Positions 10,283 through 22,747 of a DNA stretch of 62,958 nt are shown in pieces. The first letter of the stretch is position 1, and each line of letters begins with the position of its first letter. Source of the DNA: Catajapyx aquilonaris. Taxonomy: Eukaryota. The stretch spans positions 1 to 62,958 of the forward strand of contig KZ539250.1 in assembly GCA_000934665.2 (NCBI GenBank). Direction: 5' to 3'. The notes beneath the pieces were generated by a model. The model did no database searches, was not told the origin of the DNA, and saw only the letters and a program-made list of their open reading frames with translations. A program made the translations under genes and the position numbers.

Positions 10283-12761
10283 ATGAGTAGCACTCCAAAA
10301 AGGTAGCGTGATCCTGTTAAGTTTTTCATTATTGATTTTTTTTAACAAAAACTTGTGTCCTTTTATTCACCATGCAGACCAAAACCTGATTTCCTTCTTC
10401 GAGGAGTCACCAGTGACATTTCATTGGGTGAATCGGAAGAGTACGTGTGCAGGCCTTGCTTTACTAGAATCAACTCATGTCTTAAGGGAAACACTTTGAC
10501 TGTGTGTACCATCATTGGTGTCATTACCGGTACAGTCCTCGGGTTTACCTTACGGTTGTGCAAAGAAGATGGCTGGTCTAACAGGGATATCATGTACGTA
10601 CATGTCATGTAGTGTTGTAGAGTACTACCTATGCCCTTATGTTGTTCATGCAGGTACGTGGAGTTCATCGGAATGTTGTTCCTCCGGATGTTGAAGTGCA
10701 TGATTCTACCACTGGTAGTTTCGTCCCTGATATCCGCAATAGGTTCTCTGGACATCACTCTGTCTGGGAAGATTGGTATGAGATCCCTGGTGTTTTACAT
10801 GATCACCACAGTGTTAGCTGTAATACTGGGCATCATCCTGGTGGTCACCATCCATCCTGGAACTTTGGGAACTGGCAAATCCGAAAAGAAGGATGCTGCC
10901 ATTGCCATTACAACTGACACCCTCATGGACTTAATCAGGTCTGATCGACGTTCATCTTCACTGTACATATTCTGTATATTCCTTTTTCTTTTCTTCAGAA
11001 ACATGTTTCCTCCAAATGTGGTAGAAGCGACCATATTTCAGGTATGAGTTACTCACATTTCATGATCAGTCTGTTATAGTTGAACTTAAATGGTATTATT
11101 TAATTTCAGTTCAAAACTGCACTTGTGCAGCCAGACAATGGTACGTGAAACTCTTGTCCTTCCTCAAAGCAATTCCAATAAGTCCAGACAGGTGCCATTA
11201 TTGTTACCTTTCAACATCCAGATCCAAATGCGAATAAGTACACCTGGACGACAAAGAACTCTGCCATCCAAAGCATGAACATCCTGGGCCTCGTAGTGTT
11301 CTCCATTGTCCTGGGTGGCACCTTAGGCATGATGCAACAAAAGGGACAACCGCTCCTCAAGTTCTTCACGTGTCTGTCCGAAGCCATGATGTGCATCACC
11401 GGCTGGATTGTCTGGTCAGTGTACGACACTAACTAATAACTATTGTGACTAATAATTAATGAGACGCGCTGTATATGAACCAACAGGTTGTCTCCAATCG
11501 GCGTCATGTTCCTGATCGCAGGGAAGCTCTTGACCAAGGAAGACCTCGGGGAAATCATAGGAAAACTTGGCCTGTATTTCTTGACCGTCCTGTGCGGCAT
11601 CCTCATCCACGGCTTCTTGGTGGTGCCCACAATCTACTGGTTCATCACCCGGAAATCGCCGGTCAAATTCATATTAAAGATGAGCCAACCGTTGATGACC
11701 GCATTCGGAACGTCGTCCAGGTAATAAGTGGATCCGGTCTGGAACAGGCCCCATTTATTAAAATTTGGACCGAATGCAATCGTTGTGGCAAAGCCACAAT
11801 AACGTTCAATAAGGCCTGTTGACGCCCTCACGATTTGACCATCGGTCGCACGATCACCGACAAAGCGGCTGGTCGTGCGACCGATGCTCAAATCGTGAAC
11901 AGGCCTTGAACGTTATTGTGGCTTTGCCACGACGTAACAGCGGATGGGCCCTCATATAACTTGCAGTTCGGCCACTCTGCCTGTGACCATCGCCTGCTTA
12001 GAAGACAATCTGGGGATAGACCCTCGAGTGGCCAGGTTCGTGCCTCCAATAGGCGCGACTATCAACATGGACGGCACGGCGTTGTATGAGGCTGTTGCGG
12101 CCATCTTCATCGCGCAGGTCAGGAACTTCCACCTCACCTTCACCGAGATCGTTACTATCAGGTAATAGGTCACACGACTCTCCATTTTAATTTAATTTAA
12201 TTTAATCCGTCCGATTTTTTTTTGCAGCATCACCGCAACAGCCGCTAGTATCGGCGCAGCGGGTATTCCTCAGGCTGGTCTTGTCACAATGGTGATGGTG
12301 CTGGACACCGTTGGACTGCCAGCAGAAGATGTGTCCCTCATCCTCGCAGTGGACTGGCTCCTGTGAGTACAGCCACTTCCAGGAGGCCTCCAACAGCCTC
12401 TCCACAAAATGGCTGCCTGCTAGGCCTATAGGCGCAATGGCCACCTCACATGAGTTACTCATGTGAGGTGGCCATCGCGCCTAGGTTAGTGCAGAGAGTG
12501 CGCTTCTGTTGGAGGCTATTTTGAGCTTCAGGTCTGCTACCTGACCGTTGAACCGAAACTGACTGTTATATCCGCAGTGACCGCTTCCGGACGGTGATCA
12601 ACGTCCTGGGGGACAGCTTCGGAGCAGGCATAGTTGACTACATGAGCAAGATGGATCTGGAGCAACTTCCGATCAATCCGGGAATGAGCAGCAGGGCCGG
12701 CTCCATCCATATGTCGCACAAGAGGCCAAGAGGCCAGATAGTGCCCAAGGAGAACCAATAA
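10283..12761 (+). CDS. Excitatory amino acid transporter (SLC1/EAAT family), paralog 2
   Basis: Exons 10283-10302, 10378-10593, 10654-10938, 10999-11041, 11110-11140, 11192-11414, 11487-11720, 11967-12161, 12228-12362, 12578-12761. Intron positions and phases match paralog 1. Motifs [20 protein letters not shown] and [12 protein letters not shown] are present; AATAAA follows the stop. Confidence 0.93.
11781..11934. mobile_element. Intronic foldback/MITE-like element
   Basis: Outer arms CGTTGTGGCAAAGCCACAATAACGTTCAA..AAGGCCTGTT and AACAGGCCTTGAACGTTATTGTGGCTTTGCCACGACG; inner arms ACGATTTGACCATCGGTCGCACGA and TCGTGCGACCGATGCTCAAATCGT. A related fragment lies at 24065-24143. Confidence 0.7.
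12386..12516. repeat. Intronic nested inverted repeat (hairpin)
   Basis: Core TAGGCGCAATGGCCACCTCACATGAG-TTA-CTCATGTGAGGTGGCCATCGCGCCTA, inside outer arms GCCTCCAACAG and CTGTTGGAGGC. Confidence 0.7.
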
Positions 12762-12842
12762 TAAACAAATAAAGCAGTTTGGGGTTTTTTTATAATGTCC
12801 TGAATTATTTTTTATTTTATTTATCAACAATTTAACGTGTTT

Positions 12843-13745
12843 TTACTTATTACTCGTGTTTGAGTTGGGTAGAGCGTGCATTTTGTTGCACATGTGTCCG
12901 GGCAGGACCATTTTGAAGAAGAAGAGGCCCAGGATGGACCCAAGCAAGACGGCCACATGTGCGCAACGGATGCCCCTGTACCACGGAGGAAGCGCAGTGC
13001 TGTTCAGGTCCAGAACCAGCGATCCGATGGTTCCTCCTGTCAGCATGAGACCGGACAGGATCAGACTGGTGTTCCCCAGTTGGACAGCACCCCATCCGAT
13101 CCATGCAGGGATCCAAACCGTGGACAGGAAGTTCCAGTCGATGTCTCCACCCTTCAACAGGGACATACCAACGTGGGTGCCACTGGAAAACAGGGAAAAA
13201 AATCAGTAAACATTCGGAAGCTCTTTACTACGCGACGAAAGTAGCGCATCTGAATGCATCTCTTTCGTTGGTTCGCCGCGTAGTAAAGATCAGCCAAATC
13301 CGGACTTCACTTACCTGTGGAAAGCCAGCATGCCTGCAGCCCATGAAAGATGGGCCGTGGCTACCCCTGTAGAGTAGAACCCCTGTGCGGCCATGGCCAG
13401 AGGTGGTGTCAGAAGCGGCAGGGAGGCCAATGCGGCCGCTCCCAACGCAGGAGTCGGGGCACCCTTGATGTGCTTCATGTCTTCCTTGGCCATGTCAAAC
13501 ACTTGCCACAGGAATGGTATGATCTGGTCAAATTTCTTGGGCCACTGGATCCTTGGTCCGGATGGAGGCAGAGGAGGAGGAGGGTTGGTGGCCTTTGGGA
13601 CTGCTCGAGGTGTCGGAGTCTGTGTAGGAGTAGGACCACCACCAGAGGATGACCAGCGCCATTGGACAGACGAGGCCAAAGGGCAGCAGTACGTCCTGGA
13701 CATCAACAATGCCCGTAGTGATGGGCAGGCCATAAAGATCGACAT
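12843..13745 (-). CDS. TMEM69: Transmembrane protein 69-like (DUF3429), probably mitochondrial
   Basis: Exons 13745-13315 and 13182-12843. An Arg/Ser-rich presequence-like N-terminus is followed by APTPAL...LPLLTPPL, WAAGMLAFHSGTHVG and LPPWYRGIR. These match the recalled TMEM69 pattern (PKPAL..GLIPFVAPPL, YGASFLSFLGGIRWG, YPNWFKALR). Confidence 0.75.
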
Positions 13746-14189
13746 CTTCTATATTTGACCTGAAAAACCACCAAAAATGTTGAGCACCCGACCTCATTAC
13801 AACTAATTAAGAACTTACCAGTCCGTGTTGCAGATTACCAAAAGGAGCTCATTCCATTTTTGAAATTTTCTTCCTCCCTATTATTGGCGGTTCCATGGTG
13901 ACGGGCCTATTGTTGCCTTCAATATTAGGGCTATCTTCCTATACCCTCATGGCCTTAGTTGCCCCAGCGTCCTAATAAACGTCATCACCAGTGGCACAAG
14001 TGGCATTTGAACCTCCCGCCAGTTCTACTTCATATTATCACCGCTGCAGCATCTGAGCGCAATTGCTGATTATAAATTTAATGTAGAATAACTAATTTAA
14101 CCGGGGCTATTAGCAGTACAATATTAATTCCAACCCAAATTTGGCACTAATTATGTAAATAATTAATGTCTAGAAAAATACCGCGTGTT

Positions 14190-14300
14190 GTTCCACTTCC
14201 GGTTCTGAAAACAAAGATGGCGGCGCTCTTTATTATTTTTCTCAAGTTTTGACGTGTCTATTTTGTGTCCATTTTTCTCAAGTTTTGACGTGTTTTGACG
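14190..14300. promoter_or_regulatory. Putative bidirectional promoter between TMEM69 (-) and the Tudor gene (+)
   Basis: ETS-like CACTTCCGG and YY1-like CAAAGATGGCGGC lie between divergent start codons about 580 bp apart; TTTTTCTCAAGTTTTGACGTGT is duplicated. Confidence 0.45.
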
Positions 14301-14327
14301 TTGAAGAACACAAAAGGTTTCCTCAAG

Positions 14328-17300
14328 ATGTCTGGGAAGATGTCCAGGAGGGATCGAATGGAGGAGAGGAAGGGGCGGCTGAGGGGCATACTCACAGAGA
14401 TGGTCCAGGAACGAGATGACGCTGTTGCCCAATTGGACGACATTGTCGCTCAGGTAAATAGTAATTAAATATTAAATAGCGCTTACCAACAAGTACAGCA
14501 AACAATTCATTATCATTACACGTTGCAGGGAAGCACACGTGCGCAGGATCTACTGAGGGAGACTTCGCCAGAGAAGTTCTTCCGGATGTGGACGGACGTG
14601 CATGCGGATGTGCAGAAATGTTTGGACAGAATTGTCCTGATGCAGCTGCAGCAGGATTCAAGCCAGGATTCCCCGAGTGAGCTCATGAGCGACGGGATTG
14701 ATGCATCGTCGCTTCAGGATCCGCTGGTTCCAATTCCGACCAGTTCATCCCCGCCGCAGCAGCTCACTCCGGAGCCGACAGATGACCTGATGCTCTGTGA
14801 CATCCCCGTTAAAGCGGCGCCGTTAGCTCACAGCCGTTGTCTGATCCCGCAGCCACAACTGGTGGACTTCACGGTTGCGGAGAAGGAGGAATCACAAGTG
14901 GATAAGCCAACAGGAGCATGCATGGAGGAGGCCCAAATTGATAGGCCAATGGAGCTGCATTCGTTCAAGTGGAATATGCAGGGAAAGTGCCAAGCGTTTC
15001 CAGGATACATTTCGTCGCCAGAAGAGTTTTGGCTCATTCCAAGCGACACCTCATCGTACGATGAGTTATGCCGAGTCTGGGAGAGACTCAGGTTGGTATT
15101 ATTTACTGACAGCGGAATTTTGGACTTGCGGTGGAATTTACAGTTTCATACAAATCCTGTGTTGTTTACAGGGAGGATGGCAACAGCGGACGTCTGAAGC
15201 CGTTGGAGTCCATGCCAGAAGAGGGTCAGTATGTTGCGGCGTTGACCTCCAAGGGCGCCTGGTACCGCGGGCAGATCACGAACGTCGAACATGACCATGC
15301 CATGGTGGTTGACGTGGACCACGGCCGTGTCAGGGCCCCAACTTACGAGTCTCTGAGGCAATTGCCTAAATATGCCTACAATGTCAACAGACATGCCGTC
15401 TTGTGCACGTTAAGAGACGCCAAGGAAGAAAGGCCAGCCAAGGTACATATGAGTGTAATAAGGTGTGGTGCCAGTTTAATTTATATTTTATGCACACAAA
15501 CAGTTTAAGGTACAGCACAAGTGTAATGGACCAAAAAAGGACCAATTCGCATCCAAGGCATGTATATTAAAGCAAAGTTATCCGCTTTGCTTTTTTGTGC
15601 CTGTAATTGGTCACTCACTCGCAGTTTTTATTACAGCAAGAAAATGCATGTGAAGAGCTAATGAGCTTTAGAAACTGTTCTTTCTCTCGAAGCTTATATC
15701 CGTCACGGTTGTTTTCATCGCAGGTGGAGGAGAGGTTCAAGGAAATAATGCACTCTAGCAGGAAGCGTGGCGTGAGAGTCGAACTGGTGATGATGTTTTC
15801 CAACGTCAAGAGTGTGGTCGACCTGTTCACAAGTGATGGGAAGGATGTGTTTCATATGCTCCAAGAATACCAAACGTCTCTGTTCAAAGTGAGTGAATTT
15901 TTTTAAAACTTTTTAAATACCCCTTGGATGCCATGTTATTTAGAGTTGTTTCCACGGTAGAGGTATAGGTTCCATAAAATCGGGTCCAGACGTTTTGCAT
16001 CACTTGACTGGAGGAGCTGCTGAGATTAGCGTCCGCTCCCTACAAGTGTGTTGTTCAAAATGAGTGTACATTACCTTACCTTATCGCAACCTTATCAAGA
16101 ATGTGCTTACACAATGAAATCTTTGTGACTAATTATACTAGCCAATACACCTATTGTTTCAGATGCAGGAAGCAGTCAATTCCAACTCGACAAATAGCTG
16201 CAAGACGTCACCAGAGCGGCCCGACATCCTGGGGCAAAGAGGAGGAGCAGGAGACGCAAGCCAAGAAGGTGCAGCCGCGCGCGACTGGTCTACGTTGGAA
16301 TTGATATCGACTTCCCCTCCACACAAACCGAAGTCGCCACCCCCAAATCTGGTCATGGATACATTTAACATCCCTCCGCCGCAGATCGATGCGAAGACCA
16401 CGCCATGTGTTCGAGTAATTATGTCGCATATGGAATCACCCGAGGAGTTCTACGTTCACATCGTGGACCCGAAGTTTGTTGGGATTGATGAGTGAGTGGT
16501 TGTACTGCGTTTAAATGGGACACAAAGTCAACCGAGAACTTGTGCTAATTTCGTAGATCTTACAGGATGAGGAAGGAGCTCAATGACTTCTACGCCAACT
16601 CGCAGATTCCGCATCCTAACGTGGACGAGCTGACTGTAGGATCCTGCTGGGCCGCCAAGTTTTCCGATGATGGGTTGTGGTATCGGGGAAAGGTATCAAC
16701 CGTTGCGAATAGTTTTGGTAGTTTTGGTAGTTCTAAACGATGCTGTTTGACAGGTAGTGGAGGTGAAGGAGCTGATGTTTCGGATGTGGTACGTGGACTA
16801 TGGCGACTCTGGGTTCGTTCGGTTGGAGGATATCCGCCCACTGATGCCCAAATTTTGGAATCGGGACGGCAGTGTTGTCTGTATGGCCTTGGGAGGAGTG
16901 GCTCCTCCTGAGCCTGATCATTCCATCTCGGACGAACCCTGTTGGGACACGGATACCCTCACTGTCTTCCAGGATATGACTTCTCGAGAAGGGGCGGAGA
17001 TAGAGGCGTACCTATTTGACAAAGACAAATGGGAAGCCATGAGCAACCGAAGAGTGCAGACAGTCAGCAAGTTATCCCCAATCCCCGTGCTTCTTTCCGT
17101 CAACTTGCAAGGCGAAGAGGTACTTTTGAGACGTGAGTTGTTAGGTTTCTGTGAGTTAATTGCAAGTTTTCTTTTAGGTGGTGGTCAACGAAGCGTTGAT
17201 CAGCTTGGGCATGGCTCGTAGGATGGGCCTGCCGACATTGGATGAGCTGACAATCAATGGAGAATCAACCACATCCGAAGAGCATTCGCCGCCAGGATCA

Positions 17301-18863
17301 ACCAATGTGGGACCTCCAGCCATGCCCGCATTTACGCGCACGGAGGAAGTCTTGGGAGCGGGAAGTCTGGAAGTAGAATCAGGAAATGCTCATGCCAACA
17401 ATGACGAAGATGATGAATTCAAGGGATGGGACCCAATGGGGGATGACTTCTATTCGGCCCGAAACAACTACGAGTTGGATACGGAAAACGCAGAAATGGC
17501 TCTGACCGGATACATTTCCCAGGACATGGAGCGAATATGCATGATGTATTATAAGAGGGGATACTGCAACCGGAGGGTGTGCGATTACGAGCATGTTATG
17601 CCGGACCCTAGTTAGTAAACTCTCTTTACCATCTTATGCTAACCGCATGGCTTACGTACCGATAAGTCTGCTTATTCATAATGAACCCTGGCAATGTTCC
17701 CAAGTATTTGTAATACACCTCACTTTACACTGATTAACTTATTCGGATTTATATCGATTGTGTTAAACTCTGCAGGATATAATTATTTTTGATAGAATAT
17801 GACAACAGCCATACCTCGCATACATGAATTGCAATTTTATTTTTTTTAGCTCTGTAAGGCCATAGTATTGGAATTAAAAGTTTTGGTAATGAAAGCAATA
17901 GATTTAATGTGTCTGTAATTAACACCTAATCCTGAGCCTTAACGAGCGAACCATTTTCAGCGGGAATCACACGCGACAAGGCACAAATAACGGTGCATCT
18001 GCCAGCGCCTAAACTTCCGCACGCCGGAACGTACTGCTCCGTGCAAGTCTCGGCCATAATTAATCCCGCTTCCTTCTACATTGTCTTCCCGCACGGACAA
18101 GTCGGATTGGGACGAATGTGGAAAAATGGTATGTAGCGTAAGCTGTTTCAAACTCGACAATATTAATTTAGATTTTGTCCTCAGAGAAAATGTGGGAAGA
18201 CCAGTTGAAGAAGGATTGCAAGATATATCGGCTCCAAAAGGCAATGCAGCATCAGTTCAAAAATTCGCGCATCACTGACGTTACGACGACTCCTGCCATG
18301 GGTGAGGTACTGGCCGCTTTGAACCGCGATGACGGGATGTGGTACAGGGTCAGGGTGAACTGTCTGACTGACGCTAGAGGAGACATGAATGTGTTCAGCA
18401 TGGATTACGGGTTCAGCTTCATGGTTAACGAGACTGATGTGCGCCATCTGCAACCGCATTTGAATCATGTGCCTGTCCAGGTATGTCCCTGTAATTTCAT
18501 GATGTGCTTAAGTTAATTGCAAGTACTTACAGGCTGTACAGTGCTTCATGAGCCACATGAAGCCGAATGGACCTGGATGGTCTCAGAAGTGCAATGATCT
18601 GTTTTATGGCCTTGTGGACAGCAAAGATCTGATTGCGTACATCCATTCCCGGTAGGCTGTGATATCTCCCATTTAAAGGCTGGATTTAGTAACGATGGTT
18701 CATTTGCAGTGGTGAGGAACTCAACACTCTGGAGGTGGATCTGTACGACGAGACTGGAACAAACATTGCAGAGTACCTGAGCCTGTCGGGACATGCGCAG
18801 ATCCAAACTCCAGCTCAGACTGTTCCGTTCCGTTCCGTAGATGTTATGCATGTACCTGGATAG
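14328..18863 (+). CDS. Multi-Tudor-domain protein with CCCH zinc finger (Krimper-like architecture; probable piRNA/germline factor)
   Basis: About 13 exons from ATG 14328 to TAG 18861-18863. The N-terminus is helical/coiled-coil-like. Three extended Tudor domains (AWYRGQI..VDHG; LWYRGKV..YVDYGD; MWYRVRV..SMDYG) are present, the first two preceded by SPEEFW/SPEEFY. C-x8-C-x4-C-x3-H (CMMYYKRGYCNRRVCDYEH) lies between Tudor 2 and Tudor 3. Confidence 0.85.
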
Positions 18864-19660
18864 GTTGCCATTGATAGGACCAGACTGGTCTGCTTTAAGT
18901 GCAAATTGCAATTAAGAGCGGCCATGTACTGTATAAAATGGAGCTCATGTATGTATTGGTGAAAATCATGCGCAAAGTTACTTGACATGATTTCCAACGA
19001 AATGTGCATGAGATTTAAGAGTGCGCAGTATTGTGCCAAATAATTGTTGGTTGAAACTCACTGCAATTATGGGATCAAAACTTATATTTTCTTAGATATT
19101 TTATAAGAATTTTGCAGCTTATATTTTTTTGAACAGAGATTTTACAGGAAGGAAAAGTAGTGACGCACAAACAAATGTTGGCAAAACCTGATGTACTTCC
19201 ACTGTGCTGCTTTAGTAACCAACGGAATGTATGCATTTATTTGAAGTGTCACTAGTGTTCACCCCCTACAAGGACAATATTTATCCCCACGTATGCTGCT
19301 AATCGCGGCCGAAACACGTAACATGTTTCAAGCATCCAACAAAGTAATTTACTGAAATCTCTTAACGTGTTTGACCAATGGCCGTAAATGAACAATCCCC
19401 CAGCTGTATTTAAAAAAATATTATGCTAGATATAAATCATGAGCGTTTTTGATAAGAAGATTTATTACCCGAGTTATGACCATGTTTACGATGTTCTTTC
19501 CCCCCCCAGTACATGTAAGTTGTAAGCGTGTGTACAATGAAAATAAAAGCATTTTCCTCAACAGTTATCATATTTTGATTCATACCTCCCTGATTTAAAC
19601 TCTTCATTAATTAACTAATTTAATTGGAACGCAATTTTGAATAATCCCGCGCGCACTTTG

Positions 19661-19730
19661 CCTGCATAAAAGATGGCGCCCACATTTTCACAATTGCCTG
19701 CATCAAACATGGCGTCCACATTTTTCAATC
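19661..19730 (+). promoter_or_regulatory. Duplicated YY1-like motifs upstream of AP-1 mu
   Basis: CCTGCATAAAAGATGGCGCCCACATTTT and CCTGCATCAAACATGGCGTCCACATTTT in tandem, about 150-200 bp upstream of the ATG. Confidence 0.35.
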
Positions 19731-19875
19731 TGTAATGAGTGAGCATCATGCCCACCAGATGTCTCCTGGATCGCAGACCAGTTGGCCTTTTCGTTCTCAT
19801 TAATTATTTTTCTCTCTCTCTCTTGTGATTAATTAGCTGGTCGCAATTAGACCGGTACCTGCTGGACACCCAACA

Positions 19876-21611
19876 ATGTCTTCCTCCTCCATCTACATCC
19901 TGGATGTGAAGGGGAAGGTAACTGAACATTTTAAAAATTGTTGTGTACGCACAGTACGCTATGTACACGCACAGTACCCCTAATTAACCAAGAAATTGCA
20001 CACAATTTTTCAGCCAACATATGTGCAGCATTAAAATAAGACACTAATTGTTACAATTGCAGGTGTTGATATCGCGCAACTACCGTGGCGATATCGACTT
20101 GGGCTTAATCGAGAAGTTCATGCCGTTGCTGATGGATAAGGAAGAGGAAGGTACGCTCACGCCCATCTTGCATACGGCGGAATGCGCCTTCTCATACATC
20201 AAGCACAACAACTTGTACATCGTGTCGACAACGAGAAAGAACGCAAATGCGGCACTCGTGTTCGTCTTTCTGCATAAGCTTGTACAGGTACGTTACACGC
20301 AGCCACTTACTGAGCGCAATTAACCCCGCAATTATTAACACAGGTAATGGTGGAGTACTTCAAGGAGCTGGAGGAAGAGAGCATTCGGGACAACTTTGTG
20401 GTCATATACGAGCTGCTTGATGAGCTCTTGGATTTCGGTTATCCGCAGACTACGGACAGCAAGATTCTGCAGGAGTATATAACGCAGGAGGGGCATAAAC
20501 TGGAGATTCAGCCGCGGCCGCCCATGGCCGTGACTAACGCGGTGTCGTGGCGCTCTGAAGGGATAAAGTACCGCAAGAACGAGGTCTTCCTTGACGTAAT
20601 CGAGTCCGTTAACCTGCTGGCCAATGCGAATGGGAATGTGCTGAGGTCGGAGATTGTTGGGGCGATCAAGATGAGGGTTTACTTGTCCGGTATGCCCGAG
20701 TTGAGGCTTGGACTTAACGACAAGGTGTTGTTCGAGAGCACTGGTCGCGGGAAGTCCAAGTCCGTTGAACTTGAGGATGTCAAGTTTCATCAGTGCGTCC
20801 GATTGTCCAGGTCAGCCTCTTGCTTTACGAGCCGTATGTAACAGAATATGTAACCGCTTTTCCATCACAGGTTTGAAAATGATCGGACCATATCCTTCAT
20901 TCCACCTGATGGCGAATTTGAACTGATGTCATACCGATTGAATACGCATGTGAAGCCGCTGATTTGGATCGAATCGGTGATTGAACGCCATGCGCACAGT
21001 CGAGTGGAATACATGATAAAGGCGAAATCGCAATTCAAAAGGCGGTCAACAGCCAACAATGTCGAGATTGCAATTCCAGTGCCAGCCGATGCGGACTCGC
21101 CCAAGTTCAAGACAAGCGTTGGAAGCGTCAAGTACGCCCCTGAGCAATGTGCGGTTGTGTGGACCATCAAATCATTCCCCGTGAGTAATCTAATCTCAGG
21201 ATGATTCATTTTCAGTTACGAGCACTTTAGTTGCACATTTGTCATGCAACTCCGATTGTCAGTAATTGTCACTTGTATAGCGGTATTGTTGCTTCAGTAA
21301 GAGATAAATGGTTGGATTGTTCTTTCAGGGCGGGAAGGAATATTTGATGAGAGCGCACTTTGGACTCCCAAGCGTCGAAGGTGAAGAATCAGAAGGAAAG
21401 CCACCAATTCAGGTCAAGTTCGAGATTCCGTACTTCACTACATCTGGAATCCAAGTAAGTAAAAAAATATCAGTTTGCTGACTCTTCATATGCTAACGAC
21501 ATACCATTCCAGGTTCGTTATCTGAAGATCATCGAGAAGAGCGGCTATCAAGCATTACCATGGGTACGCTACATCACTCAAAACGGAGACTACCAGTTAC
21601 GCACGCACTAA
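19876..21611 (+). CDS. AP1M1: AP-1 complex subunit mu-1 (clathrin adaptor medium chain)
   Basis: Exons 19876-19917, 20063-20287, 20344-20810, 20871-21180, 21329-21454, 21513-21611 give 422 aa. Motifs: MSSSSIYILDVKGKVLISRNYRGD, RDNFVVIYELLDELLDFGYPQTTDSKIL, VSWRSEGIKYRKNEVFLDVIE, YQALPWVRYITQNGDYQLR. Confidence 0.97.
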
Positions 21612-22747
21612 TTATTTTTTTTCCTGCATTCCATAATGAGGAGCCAATTTTTTGTCGGGCGGGTCATTGATTGAGTATTGTAATTGTAAATGTGCGATTT
21701 AAGTGGCGTTTAGGACCACGCAATTAATAAAGGAGCTTATTTAATTTTTATCGTCCTTTCCCTGTTGGATACTTTTCGAGTACTTTCTGGATCAATATGC
21801 GGGGCATTAACTCCTGTCTCAAACATCCTGTCGGGAGATAAAAAGCCTGCGGATGTAGCTTCATTGATTATGGTAATTTATTTGTCTTTGCAAGTGTGAC
21901 AATACCAGGCATCTGCTACCTCGCACGCAAAATGAGGCCCTCATGCATGCAGTTCGAAGTAGTTAATAAGTTCTACGTGCTTGTTGGTGCAGGTCGTGCT
22001 TTTTTATTTGCCTTTGTGGTCATCACAACATAGTTATTCAGCCCCTGGAGTATTCGCCAGGTGATGTTTTTTTCCATTTTGACTTTTCTAGAGTGCGGTA
22101 ATTAGTGTGCTTCGTTACCTTTTGGTGCTGCAAGTGTGTCAAGGCCAGAATGTCATTTCCATACCAGTGTTGTCCACTAACAAAATTTCATCCCACATCT
22201 TCGACTGTATAACACTTGCGGTTTATTAGAATAGTTCCACAAGCAATGTGCTAATATATGCGCAAACACTTACATAATGTACTGTTGCCGGAAGAACCGC
22301 AGACAAAAAGCCCGTGGAGTGGATGTAAATATTAAGTATTGCTTATGTACGACTGCGAGCAACGACATTGTAAGTACCTGTCATCTACGAACAGGATTCA
22401 TACGTGTGGTATGTACAGTTGCTGGTTCAAAATTGGGAGCGTCGTTGACCAAAGCACTGCTCCATTGTCGAGTACAATACAATTCATCATGTGTCTAATT
22501 CTCGACAGTTGCGTGGTAGAAGGCCACTCATCGTAAGGCACCTTGGGACGCCTGACGTCAGAATATAACGACGAACCAATTCTGAGAAAAGGAACTGGCT
22601 ACCACTTCGCTTCACTTCTCCGCAACCAGGTTGACAAACCCCAGCCAGCTCATATCATGTGATAAGAGCAAACTTCCTCGTCAGACTATCATCATGTTGC
22701 AGCAAATCTGATGAGCAACTAACAAGTGCGCTAATCCAGCATGTGGA

